DNA from: Candidatus Micrarchaeota archaeon
Lineage (GTDB): Archaea > Micrarchaeota > Micrarchaeia > Anstonellales > Bilamarchaeaceae
Direction of reading: 5' to 3'
Length of the DNA: 62,379 nt
Assembly: GCA_030613375.1 (NCBI GenBank)
Contig: JAUWMC010000001.1
Coordinates: forward strand, 1 to 62,379
The notes below the pieces were generated by a model. The model saw only the letters and a program-made list of their open reading frames with translations. It did no database searches and was not told the DNA's origin. Positions 1 through 8,501 of the stretch are shown here, piece by piece. The translations under genes were made by a program, and so were the position numbers. Position 1 is the stretch's first letter. Each line of letters opens with the position of its first letter.

Positions 1-2686
1 CAACCCCAGATTCTCCATGGGTAATCTCAACCCCAAGCGCTTTCACTTCCAAAGGAAGTTTTACAGCATCACCTTCTCCCCCTTCAACCCAAAGCGTAAG
101 TTCCCCTTCCCCACGCTCAATTGCTTTTACAGGAATATACATCGAATGTGATTCCCCGCTTTCCAAACTAACATATCTAATCGGGCTTCCAAGAACCCAG
201 ATATTCTCGCTACTTTCCAGCGTAACCTTGAAGGTTTCTCTTTCTTCTCCATAATTGAATATACTTACAGGAATTGCTGCAGCATCATCTACAACCAATC
301 CTGCAGGAGGGCTCATCCTCCCAATTACATCTTTGGTTACTAGTACAGAGCTAGTTCCCATTCCCACACTAGTCCCTTCATTTGCAACTACAGTAATGTT
401 CCAGGTAGTAAGCGTATCCGGAATATGCCAGAGCACTTCCTTCTTTCCATTCTCCAAAATAATGTACGGAATCCAAAGAGCAGTCTCTATGAATTTTTCC
501 CTCACTTCAATCTCTTCCTTGCTTTTCGCTTCTGCATCCCCATTAAATGCCGCTTCAGGTACAGGCATTCCTGCCTCAGCATACACAAGACCATCCATCA
601 TTCCCCCTCTCCAGTAGTATGTATCTTCCCAACTAAATCTCACCTGGTAATTTTCCTGCGGATACCCGTAGAAATACTTGTAAATATCATTCCAATCCGC
701 TCCAGATAAATCAATAATCGCCTGGTCCACAATCGCAATTGATGCAGCAGCATTAGATCTAGAGCCAGCCTTTTCAGCATTAATCACAAGTCTTGCAATA
801 TCCCTAGGCCCATAAACAGATTCATGGTCTATCTCAACCTGAATCCAATTATTTCCCCTTACCATATAGTTTCCATAACCTCCATATTTGTTCCCATCTT
901 CAATCACGTAAAGCTGCAGGTTGCTTGTTTCATCAGCCTCAAGCACAATAGAATTAATCCCAGCCCTTATCTCAAAGAATTCAATTGAAGGCTCACTTCC
1001 CATGGAAACTACAATCAACTTCCCTCCAATCGGAGAAGTTACCGTAGCCTCAATTCCCTCCCCTTTAGAATACTCATCCTTATCCAACTGCACATCTAGA
1101 TAGTTCCAGTTCCACCAGCTCCACTCAGACACATAGAAGTATTGCGTAGTTTTAGCCCCATCCGCTTCCACAATAAGGTAATAGCTTCCGTATTCCTCAG
1201 GAGTAAACTCAAAGCTATAAGCTCCATCCACAGTTGAAAACTCAGACTCAAAAACAGGAACAGCGCTCTCATTTTCCTTTTGTTTATAATCTACATAATA
1301 GTAGTAATCCTCCCCCAAGTAAATCTTCACATTCCCGCTTACTTCAAGAGCCTCATCATGCTCATCATATGCAAGGACAGTAATCGTTCCGCTTTTGTTC
1401 GCTTCCATATCTGGAACAAGAATATCCAGATTAATCTCTTCCAGCACAGAAACAGTAGTCTCCGCCTCAGTTACAATCTCGCTTTCATCCGTAACCGAAA
1501 CTTTAATCTTATAATCCCCGGTTACATTAGTTCCGTTCCACGCAACCGTCCCAATCCCATTTTTTGTATACACAATCCCTTCTGCAACTAACTCTTCGCT
1601 CCACCATGGGCAGATGCAATAGTACGCCCGATAATATGGAACATAATGAGGACTTCTATAAATCTCAAAGTTCACTTCCGCGTCCGCAGCTCCCCCAAAA
1701 TAATAATCAGTATTCACATCCACATAAATCGTTTCATTTACTACAAATACTTCCTCCCTTGGCTTCAAACTCACAGCTATTTCCGGCCTCTTATACTCCT
1801 GCACCTCAAAGTTATACCACCCTGCATAATTATCTCCCTTCATTATGTTCACTGAATACCATCCAAGCGGAGCCTCTTCATCAATTGGAAAGTCTACAGT
1901 TACCCTGGAGTTCACAGAGCCTATAGGCTTGGAATAAACCGTATTGTAGTTTGGATCCCTTATCTCTACTGTAAAACTTCCCAAAACAGTTTCATACGTG
2001 GTCTCATTCTGCTTGAAAATTATAGATGAAATATGTACCGTTTCCCCTGGCTGGTAAAGCTCCTTATCACTAAACACATAACTGGTATGCCTTTCATAAT
2101 CTTCCCAGTATGGCTCAGGGTAATAGTTCTGGTAAATCTCAATTTCTGCAGATTCTCCCCCATATTCTCCGCGTATGTTCTCCAATCCTTCAGTTTCAAA
2201 GCTGAAAACCCCTCCAACTCCAGAAACAGTATCAAGAACTTCAATTTCCCCAGATTTGTTGTATGTAAGTAGTATTCTTCCCCCTTCAACTGGACTCCCA
2301 TCTTCTTTGTGCAGGAACATTCCCTTTCCTTCCGGTCCCAAAACAGCCATGATCCCTACTGAGCTCACACGGAACTCAGCGCTTTCCTCCTCTTCACCAT
2401 CTTTTGCAATTACAGTATAATCTCCGGAAGGAAGCTCCAGCTCAAAAGTCTCATATGAGTAGTAATAATAGTATTCCTCTTCCCCTTCTCGCTCAACAGT
2501 GCGCACTTCATGGAAAACATTTTCCCCCTCTGAATCCAGCACATCTACAACCAGCACTCCCTGTGCTCCATCTATGCTAAAGCTTATCATTTCCCCAGGC
2601 ATGTATTCCGGACTCATGCTTATCCAGAGCGAATAGTTAACACCAATCAGCAAAAGCAAAACTGCAAAAACCAAGTTCCTGTACAT
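1..2686 (-). CDS. alpha-2-macroglobulin-like / MG-domain large secreted protein, N-terminal ~895 codons (gene runs off the left edge)
   Basis: Absent from the ORF track because it has no stop in the window. The reverse strand reads open from ATG (2686..2684) to base 1. I hand-translated both ends: MYRNLVFAVLLLLIGV... (signal/TM-like start) and ...GTSSVLVTKDVIGRMSPPAGLVVDDAAAIPVSIFNYGEERETFKVTLESSENIW... at the left end, in the same frame. 'FEVQEYKRPE' and 'IAIVDQAIIDLSG' resemble MG-domain/A2M landmarks. The + strand ORFs 255..2420 are its shadows. Confidence 0.7.
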   Translation of the reverse strand, partial: MYRNLVFAVLLLLIGVNYSLWISMSPEYMPGEMISFSIDGAQGVLVVDVLDSEGENVFHEVRTVEREGEEEYYYYYSYETFELELPSGDYTVIAKDGEEEESAEFRVSSVGIMAVLGPEGKGMFLHKEDGSPVEGGRILLTYNKSGEIEVLDTVSGVGGVFSFETEGLENIRGEYGGESAEIEIYQNYYPEPYWEDYERHTSYVFSDKELYQPGETVHISSIIFKQNETTYETVLGSFTVEIRDPNYNTVYSKPIGSVNSRVTVDFPIDEEAPLGWYSVNIMKGDNYAGWYNFEVQEYKRPEIAVSLKPREEVFVVNETIYVDVNTDYYFGGAADAEVNFEIYRSPHYVPYYRAYYCICPWWSEELVAEGIVYTKNGIGTVAWNGTNVTGDYKIKVSVTDESEIVTEAETTVSVLEEINLDILVPDMEANKSGTITVLAYDEHDEALEVSGNVKIYLGEDYYYYVDYKQKENESAVPVFESEFSTVDGAYSFEFTPEEYGSYYLIVEADGAKTTQYFYVSEWSWWNWNYLDVQLDKDEYSKGEGIEATVTSPIGGKLIVVSMGSEPSIEFFEIRAGINSIVLEADETSNLQLYVIEDGNKYGGYGNYMVRGNNWIQVEIDHESVYGPRDIARLVINAEKAGSRSNAAASIAIVDQAIIDLSGADWNDIYKYFYGYPQENYQVRFSWEDTYYWRGGMMDGLVYAEAGMPVPEAAFNGDAEAKSKEEIEVREKFIETALWIPYIILENGKKEVLWHIPDTLTTWNITVVANEGTSVGMGTSSVLVTKDVIGRMSPPAGLVVDDAAAIPVSIFNYGEERETFKVTLESSENIWVLGSPIRYVSLESGESHSMYIPVKAIERGEGELTLWVEGGEGDAVKLPLEVKALGVEITHGESGV

Positions 2687-2787
2687 AAACTCCACACTCA
2701 ATTAATCCATTTAAATATTGCACCTTCCTTTCGGCCACTCCCGAACAACCTTAAATTTAAAAGGGTTTCCCTTCACACACCCCATCA

Positions 2788-3042
2788 ATGGACAAAAAAA
2801 TAATCAAACAGGGCGATGTGGAGATAAAAGTAAGGGTCTCTGGAGTACTCCAGAAGCACAAGTTTACCTTGAAGAAGGAGAACTCGGCTTTTGGAGACTA
2901 CTATGTTCTGGAAATAGACCAGCCTCTAATGCTTGCAGAGCTTATGCGCGCTGCAAATGAAGTTGGTTTCCCTATCCGTGCACCCACAGGATTCTTTTTC
3001 CCGAACGGAACGACCCCCAAAGACTTCCTCGTGAAAGGGTAG
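2788..3042 (+). CDS. hypothetical small protein (84 aa)
   Basis: ORF in an otherwise empty intergenic slot between convergent/divergent neighbours. No recognisable motif. Confidence 0.4.
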   Translation: MDKKIIKQGDVEIKVRVSGVLQKHKFTLKKENSAFGDYYVLEIDQPLMLAELMRAANEVGFPIRAPTGFFFPNGTTPKDFLVKG

Positions 3043-3102
3043 AAATCCCCCATTCTTTTAAACCTCGCCTTACAAATCTGTTTTCTGTGCGGGTGTGTTC
3101 TA

Positions 3103-4461
3103 ATGACAAAGAGAAGAGTCTATCCAATAAAGGGCTATTCAGAAGAAATGGTCTCTGTTGCATTTGCAAAAACCAGCAGGAGCCCCGAATCTTTTGACAA
3201 GATAATTTCCGAACTTGATCTCGAATCCACAAAGAAATTCCATGAGACCTGGGTACTTAAATTCGGCCATGGAAGCGTTGCAGAGCACGCTTCCCTCCAT
3301 ATTGCAGCAGAAAATATTTCCCGCCTTTCAGTAGAATGCATAGAAGGCAATCGTCTTGGAGCCTACACGGAAAAATCCACCCGTTACCAAGAACTAGATA
3401 AAGAGCACGTCTATTATCCAAAAGAGTTCAAAGGAACCAAGTACGAAGATTCATACAAGGAAACAATCAACCTTCTTTTTTCCACTTACGATTCAATTCT
3501 CGCAGGAATGGTTGAATACTACCGCAAATCCACTCCAAAGAAAGAAGAGGATTCCGAAAAGAAATACGAAGCAAATCTCAAGCTCATGGCATTAGATAAT
3601 GCCCGTTTCCTCCTTCCCAACGCTACTCTCGCAAACGTAGGAATCACATTCAATTCCCGCACGCTTATGCATGCACTAAGAAAGATGCTTTCCTCCCCGC
3701 TCGCAGAAGTCCGCGAAATCGCAAAGGAAATGGAGAAAGCATCCAGGGAAGTCCTTCCAACCCTCACAGGAGAACCGAAGCCTAGTGAATACCTCGAAGA
3801 AACCGGAATCCAGTTCCACTCAGAACTTTGGGATCAGCGTTCCCCATTCGAAAAGAAAGTTGAGCTAGTTGCCTACGAAAAGGACGCACTCGAAAAAATA
3901 GTTGCATCTTTCCTCTACAAATACTCTGACCTTTCCTTCCAGGATGCAGAATCCCGTTCCAAAAAAATGAACCAGGAAGAGCGCAAATCCACAATCCAGA
4001 AAGCCCTTGAAAAACTCTCAAAGGAGCCTCCAATGCGCGAATTTGAGCATGCCTACTACACGTTTGACTTAGTAATGGACCAGGGCGCATACGCAGAATT
4101 CAAGAGACATAGGATGCTCACCCTTACAACCCAGAACCCCACAGTGCATTTAGGCCACCACACTCCTGAAGACATCAAAAAAGCTGGATTGGAATCCGAA
4201 TACACAGCAGCCCTGGAAAAGGCTACAGAAGCCTTCAAGGACATGGAGCAGGATTTCCCATATGCAGCTGGATATGTATCCACAAATGCGCACTACCGCC
4301 GCTGCCTCGCCACTTTGAACCTAAGGGAGCTCAACCACTTCATACGGCTCCGCTCAACCCCCTGGGCTCATTTTACAATAAGGGAAATTGCAAAAGGAAT
4401 GCTTGAAGAAATACAAAAGGTCCACCCTGACCTCACATTCTGGATTGAATCAAGAAGCTGA
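3103..4461 (+). CDS. thyX: FAD-dependent thymidylate synthase ThyX, double-length (two ThyX-like halves)
   Basis: The C-terminal half carries the ThyX signature 'EFKRHRMLTLTTQ'. The N-terminal half has 'FGHGSVAEHASL...ISRLSVECIEGNRLGAYTEKSTRY', ThyX-like but with RHR degenerated to GNR. SD-like GGGTGTG lies upstream of the ATG. Confidence 0.8.
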   Translation: MTKRRVYPIKGYSEEMVSVAFAKTSRSPESFDKIISELDLESTKKFHETWVLKFGHGSVAEHASLHIAAENISRLSVECIEGNRLGAYTEKSTRYQELDKEHVYYPKEFKGTKYEDSYKETINLLFSTYDSILAGMVEYYRKSTPKKEEDSEKKYEANLKLMALDNARFLLPNATLANVGITFNSRTLMHALRKMLSSPLAEVREIAKEMEKASREVLPTLTGEPKPSEYLEETGIQFHSELWDQRSPFEKKVELVAYEKDALEKIVASFLYKYSDLSFQDAESRSKKMNQEERKSTIQKALEKLSKEPPMREFEHAYYTFDLVMDQGAYAEFKRHRMLTLTTQNPTVHLGHHTPEDIKKAGLESEYTAALEKATEAFKDMEQDFPYAAGYVSTNAHYRRCLATLNLRELNHFIRLRSTPWAHFTIREIAKGMLEEIQKVHPDLTFWIESRS

Positions 4462-4827
4462 TCCTATTTCCACCCTTCCATATACATTGCTTACACTAAA
4501 TCTATCCCCATCTTCATAACAAGAAACATCACAATGCTCAATATCACCAACCCCACTCTGCTCCCCCACAGTAGCCTTAATCACATCTCCAGAGCACTCA
4601 AGATCAACTTCCCATCCAAGCCCAACAATCCGGGAATTCCCATCTCCTAAAGCGCAAACCTCATCCCCAGCACTCTTCAAACTAGAAACAGCAATCTTAG
4701 CTTTCTCAGAAGAAGTAAGCTGAGTCTCAGCATCTCTAATAACAACAAGAGCCCCAACAGAAAACGCAATCAGCACTAAGCCTACTGAAAACAGAAGTAG
4801 ATACTCAACAGTCACTTGTCCTTTCAT
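4450..4827 (-). CDS. class III signal peptide (archaeal type IV pilin-like) protein
   Basis: The N-terminus 'MKGQVTVEYLLLFSVGLVLIAFSV' matches the archaeal prepilin pattern (K-G|Q then a hydrophobic helix). The ATG at 4827 overlaps the upstream gene's TGA (ATGA). Confidence 0.7.
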   Translation of the reverse strand: MKGQVTVEYLLLFSVGLVLIAFSVGALVVIRDAETQLTSSEKAKIAVSSLKSAGDEVCALGDGNSRIVGLGWEVDLECSGDVIKATVGEQSGVGDIEHCDVSCYEDGDRFSVSNVYGRVEIGSAS

Positions 4828-5060
4828 GAGCATCTATTGTCCGAGCAGCTTCCGGATTTGCAGTCTTCACCATCAACACAAGGGTCTCCTGCATCCCCCT
4901 TGGAAAGCTCATTTACATCCGAAAGCACATCTTTACCCTGCTCTTGGACCTGTTCTCCTGCACTCTTGCCCAAATCCATCAGATACACTGCGGCAATTGC
5001 AACAATCGCAATAACTACCGCAAGTAATATCAGCATCTCCGCGGATACTTGTCCTTTCAT
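4824..5060 (-). CDS. class III signal peptide (archaeal type IV pilin-like) protein, Cys-rich C-terminus
   Basis: 'MKGQVSAEMLILLAVVIAIVAIAAVYL' is a prepilin-like N-terminus. The C-terminus is 'DPCVDGEDCKSGSCSDNRCS'. Confidence 0.7.
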   Translation of the reverse strand: MKGQVSAEMLILLAVVIAIVAIAAVYLMDLGKSAGEQVQEQGKDVLSDVNELSKGDAGDPCVDGEDCKSGSCSDNRCS

Positions 5061-5064
5061 AAAT

Positions 5065-5814
5065 TCACCTAATATACGTAATGTCTTTTTGGCTTCCAGC
5101 CATCTGGTGCTCTACTTCTTTCTCGATTTTACTGATGACCTTCTCCCTAGTTTGAGCTTCTTTCTCAAGCTCAGAAATATCTATCTTGAAGTCCAGCAAT
5201 TCCGCAAGCTTCTCAACTACGTTCTTTGCAGATGTATGGTCCACATAACTTCCATGAGTCTCTCCCATGATGCAAATCCCATCCAGTTTCCTCAATTTAG
5301 CAAGCCCTGGAAGCAATCCCGCAACTCCTACAATAGATCCGCGAGTCTCCCCAAACACAACTCCTTTCTTTTCATACTCTCTCTTAAGTCTCTTGTTGTT
5401 TGCAGATCCAAATATTCTCCTGCTTTTCTCTACCTTTCCGGTACTATACCCCCCAATAGTAATCACAAGCTTCACTCCAAGTTTCTGTACATAATCCAAA
5501 AGTGCATCCGCAACCTCGTACTGCCCCACGCTTGAAACAGCCTGTACATCTCCAATTACTACAAGCAAATCCCGCTTTTTCGCTTTCACCTGGTATACCG
5601 TATTCTTAAGCAGCCTCATCCCTCCTTTTTTGTTCATCAGAACCTGATGCGGAAAGTGAGGTGAGTAAATCTCAGCAATTTTTTCCCCCTTCATCTTTTT
5701 GATCATGTATTTTGCAGCAACCTGCCCAACCAGACCGATTCCAGGAAGTCCGGTAACCATTACAGGGTCTTTTAGCTTAACTTTCCTTTTTTCCTTTATG
5801 AGTGTTTTATCCAT
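5065..5814 (-). CDS. PAC2-family proteasome assembly chaperone-like protein
   Basis: 'VMVTGLPGIGLVGQVAAKYM...VVIGDVQA...ITIGGYSTG...GVAGLLPGLA' is typical of archaeal PAC2/PbaA-B family proteins. The start is taken at MDKTLIK (5814), overlapping the Nop10 end. Position downstream of aIF2a-Nop10 matches the conserved archaeal cluster. Confidence 0.7.
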   Translation of the reverse strand: MDKTLIKEKRKVKLKDPVMVTGLPGIGLVGQVAAKYMIKKMKGEKIAEIYSPHFPHQVLMNKKGGMRLLKNTVYQVKAKKRDLLVVIGDVQAVSSVGQYEVADALLDYVQKLGVKLVITIGGYSTGKVEKSRRIFGSANNKRLKREYEKKGVVFGETRGSIVGVAGLLPGLAKLRKLDGICIMGETHGSYVDHTSAKNVVEKLAELLDFKIDISELEKEAQTREKVISKIEKEVEHQMAGSQKDITYIR

Positions 5815-5962
5815 CAGCAATCCCCTTCGCTTTCCTACGATACTTTGCATATCTATCGTTAGGATTATATTTAGGTGGGTGTGCAGAAATAGTTTTTTCC
5901 TCACAGTGCTTTTCCTCTAGAGTATACTCCCCACAGGAAACGCACTTGTTCATCTTTTTCAT
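5807..5962 (-). CDS. nop10: H/ACA RNP protein Nop10 (51 aa; not in ORF track)
   Basis: Hand translation: MKKMNKCVSCGEYTLEEKHCEEKTISAHPPKYNPNDRYAKYRRKAKGIADG. It has the Nop10 zinc-ribbon plus the 'AHPP.Y.P.D.Y..YR' motif. Its ATG overlaps the aIF2a TGA (ATGA at 5959-5962). Confidence 0.85.
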   Translation of the reverse strand: MKKMNKCVSCGEYTLEEKHCEEKTISAHPPKYNPNDRYAKYRRKAKGIADG

Positions 5963-6705
5963 TTTTCGTCCTCTGTGGAAAATTCATAATCCTTTCCACT
6001 GAGGCCCTTTTCCACAGAACTGATTAGCTTGTCCATCTTCTTGTTCGCACTCTTGTAATCATCAGCAGTAATCCTTACTCTGTATTTTCCAGGGCCAAGG
6101 TAGTGCGCATCTATCTTCCCAAGGGTTGAGCGTATTATCTCAACCCCATCGGGTTCATAGCATTTGACCATGATAATCTTGCTTACTTCAATAATCGGTT
6201 TCTTTACTGATTTTTTTACTATCTCCACAATCTCATCGTGGAGTGCTCCCTTTACATCTATTCCTTCAAATGATTTATCTCCCTCATCCCTTACATCTTC
6301 AAGAAAATCATAAAGAGTCTCATATTGTGCAAGAATCTCCTCCCGGAGTTTTTCAAAGGATTTCTTGGATTTTGCATTCTTTATTGCAACTCCAAGCAAT
6401 TTCGTAGCGCGTGTATTCCTTCGCACTGCCTCCAGTTTCCTCTTTTTCTCCTCCTCATTCACTCTCTTTATGGAAACATCAACCTGTGCTTTTTCCAAAT
6501 CAATGCGATGCACACGCACCACATGCGTTTGATTTACTGAAATAAATTCATGAATATTTTTTATCCAGCGAGGTGCAACCTCAGAAATATGCATAAACGC
6601 TTCTACGCCTTCATATTCCTTTAGGGAAAGAAACGCCCCATAGGGCATAATCTTAGTTATTGTAGCGATAACCAGCTCATCCCTCGCAGGATATTTTTGT
6701 GCCAT
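5959..6705 (-). CDS. translation initiation factor aIF2 alpha subunit
   Basis: The S1 domain start 'PARDELVIATITKIMPYGAFLSLKEYEGVEAFMHISEVAPRWIKNI' and the overall length are typical of aIF2-alpha. Confidence 0.9.
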   Translation of the reverse strand: MAQKYPARDELVIATITKIMPYGAFLSLKEYEGVEAFMHISEVAPRWIKNIHEFISVNQTHVVRVHRIDLEKAQVDVSIKRVNEEEKKRKLEAVRRNTRATKLLGVAIKNAKSKKSFEKLREEILAQYETLYDFLEDVRDEGDKSFEGIDVKGALHDEIVEIVKKSVKKPIIEVSKIIMVKCYEPDGVEIIRSTLGKIDAHYLGPGKYRVRITADDYKSANKKMDKLISSVEKGLSGKDYEFSTEDEK

Positions 6706-6706
6706 T

Positions 6707-6877
6707 TCACTCCTCCAGCTCTTTCACAACCGTTCCGTTGGTTATGATGGCCTTTCCTCCCGAGGGGGAAGCTAGCCTTTTCCCGCAAACCTTGCAGTCT
6801 ACTGGGCTGGATGCATGGCTAAATATGTTCTGTTCATTTCCACACTCACATTTTACAACTAGGAATTTGCTTGTCAT
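6707..6877 (-). CDS. rps27e: 30S ribosomal protein S27e (56 aa; not in ORF track)
   Basis: Hand translation: [56 protein letters not shown]. It has the C-x-C...C-x2-C zinc knuckle of S27e. It sits between L44e and aIF2a as in the conserved archaeal operon. Confidence 0.85.
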   Translation of the reverse strand: MTSKFLVVKCECGNEQNIFSHASSPVDCKVCGKRLASPSGGKAIITNGTVVKELEE

Positions 6878-6882
6878 AATAA

Positions 6883-7164
6883 TTACCTCTGTATTTCCAC
6901 CTTTTTCTTGGTCCTTCCCCTTAGTACCCTAGGGGTTTTCTTGCTGCATTCTGGGCAAGTAAGCATTAATTTCTGCCTCTTTCCTTGTTTCTTCACAGTC
7001 TTTTCACCGGCTCTTTTTCCACCGTGCCCGAGAAGGGAGCGCTTGTGCTTTCTGTTACCAATAGCCATAGTTCTGGCCTTGCCCTTGCTCGCAACCTTCA
7101 CTTTCATCTTTACATGCTTCCGGCAGTGCGGACAGTATGTGTTAACTTCCTTTGGAAATTTCAT
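6883..7164 (-). CDS. rpl44e: 50S ribosomal protein L44e
   Basis: '[22 protein letters not shown]...LTCPECSKK' is a C4 zinc ribbon on a basic protein. The start is taken at MKFPKEV. Confidence 0.85.
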   Translation of the reverse strand: MKFPKEVNTYCPHCRKHVKMKVKVASKGKARTMAIGNRKHKRSLLGHGGKRAGEKTVKKQGKRQKLMLTCPECSKKTPRVLRGRTKKKVEIQR

Positions 7165-7180
7165 AAAAAACACCTTTTTT

Positions 7181-7702
7181 CTATGCAAGCAGCTCTGCCA
7201 TCTTCTCTTTCAGAAGCCATCTGGCCTCCTCTGATGGTAAATCCACTTCTTCACCCGTCTTAAAGGGTCCATATACGTTATCGTCTAAACCTTTATACGG
7301 GCTAATATCTTTGAGTAGCCTAACTCTTTTAATATTATCCTTTTTACCACTCCCGTTTTTCTCCTCGAAAATAAATGCCAATTGGGCCTCATTTGCTTCA
7401 ATCGCTCTGGAGAGATGCCCGAGGAAATCCGCTTCCTCGCTAGTCATACCGGTAGTCTCATTTTTCCCCCGGAGCGCAAGCAGAACCAATTTCTCATTTC
7501 TCTTGTTTACAATTGCCTTTGCAATCTTGCGCAAATTCTCATATTCTTTAATCACAAGAAGGTTTTGGGAATCCATTGCCTCATCCTTTTTCTCCTCAAG
7601 GAATGCTTTTACTTGAGAGTAGAAGTCCTCTTCCACCACACATAATTCGCTAGAGGATATCTCGGATCGCTGCATTTCTCTAAGTTTTGCATAATTAAGC
7701 AT
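7181..7702 (-). CDS. GINS subunit (Gins51/Gins15-like) replication protein
   Basis: The N-terminal pattern 'LREMQRSEISSSELCVVEEDFYSQVKAFLEE' resembles the archaeal Gins51 A-domain, and the size (~173 aa) fits. This is pattern recognition only. Confidence 0.55.
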   Translation of the reverse strand: MLNYAKLREMQRSEISSSELCVVEEDFYSQVKAFLEEKKDEAMDSQNLLVIKEYENLRKIAKAIVNKRNEKLVLLALRGKNETTGMTSEEADFLGHLSRAIEANEAQLAFIFEEKNGSGKKDNIKRVRLLKDISPYKGLDDNVYGPFKTGEEVDLPSEEARWLLKEKMAELLA

Positions 7703-7836
7703 TAAGTTCTCCCAAACCCCATTTTGTTCGGAAGTGCTTAAAAAACAGCCAGATGCCGAAGAAAAGAGGGAACCTTTAAATTACTGCCCAACATATTAAT
7801 TTAATTACAATACATTGGGTGGGTGTGTTTGGCATT

Positions 7837-8499
7837 ATGTCGCTTAGCCAAAAATCTGAAGTAGAGATACTTCCAGCAATTCTTGTAAAAGACAGGAGCC
7901 ACTTCCTGGAACAGCTAGAAATAGTCAAGCCTCATGTTAAGGGAGTACATATTGACATTATGGATGACGTTTTCGTTCCAAACAAAACACTTGGTCCAGA
8001 GGAGCTCAAGCCCCTCCCCCCAGGATTAGAGTATTCCCTCCATTGGATGGTTGAATCCCCTGAGGAATGGATTGCCAAACTTCCTGGCCCCCACATTCAT
8101 ATGATTCATGTGGAAACCGTAAAATCACCCTCTCATTTTGATGAAATCGAAAAAGCAGTCAAATCCGCGGGCGGAAAGCTTGCAATTTCCCTGAACCCTG
8201 GAACCCGCCTAGAAGATATTCTTCCTTACAAAGACCGCGTTATGCGTTTTCTTGTAATGTCTGTAATCCCTGGTTTCGATGGCCAAAAATATATCCAGGA
8301 AGTCGAGCCCAAAATAGAAAGACTCAGGGAGTGTTGTCCCCACCATGAAATCGAAGTAGATGGTGGTATCAATTTCGAAACCGCCCCCCGTGCAGCACAT
8401 GCAGGCGCAAACGTACTTGCAAGCGCCAGCACCATTTTCCGTGCAGATAACCCCGGGGAAGCAATCAAGAAACTCAAAAAACTTGCAGAAGAGGCGTAA
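7837..8499 (+). CDS. rpe: ribulose-phosphate 3-epimerase
   Basis: 'ILPAIL...HIDIMDDVFVPNKTLGP...HVE...LVMSVIPGFDGQKYI...EVDGGIN' are Rpe motifs. The ATG at 7837 is preceded by GGTGGGTG. Confidence 0.85.
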   Translation: MSLSQKSEVEILPAILVKDRSHFLEQLEIVKPHVKGVHIDIMDDVFVPNKTLGPEELKPLPPGLEYSLHWMVESPEEWIAKLPGPHIHMIHVETVKSPSHFDEIEKAVKSAGGKLAISLNPGTRLEDILPYKDRVMRFLVMSVIPGFDGQKYIQEVEPKIERLRECCPHHEIEVDGGINFETAPRAAHAGANVLASASTIFRADNPGEAIKKLKKLAEEA

Positions 8500-8501
8500 A
8501 A

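Noticed and set aside
255-2420. Eleven short track ORFs (60-120 aa) across the first 2.4 kb, nearly all on the + strand
   Set aside because: All lie antisense to, or within, the continuous minus-strand A2M-like frame (1..2686). They have low-complexity, Pro/Ser/Leu-rich translations and no start-site signals, so they are shadow ORFs.
4816-5535. 239-aa + strand ORF
   Set aside because: It is antisense to the two prepilin genes and the PAC2 gene, which have clear family signatures. Its own translation is low-complexity Ser/Leu/Pro.
5065-5904. Longer 279-aa version of the PAC2 ORF, and a possible C-terminal HbYX proteasome-docking motif
   Set aside because: The upstream extension would overlap Nop10 by ~100 nt, so the internal ATG at 5814 fits the operon better. 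The C-terminus is ...TYIR, with Tyr at -3 rather than the penultimate position, so it is not a canonical HbYX.
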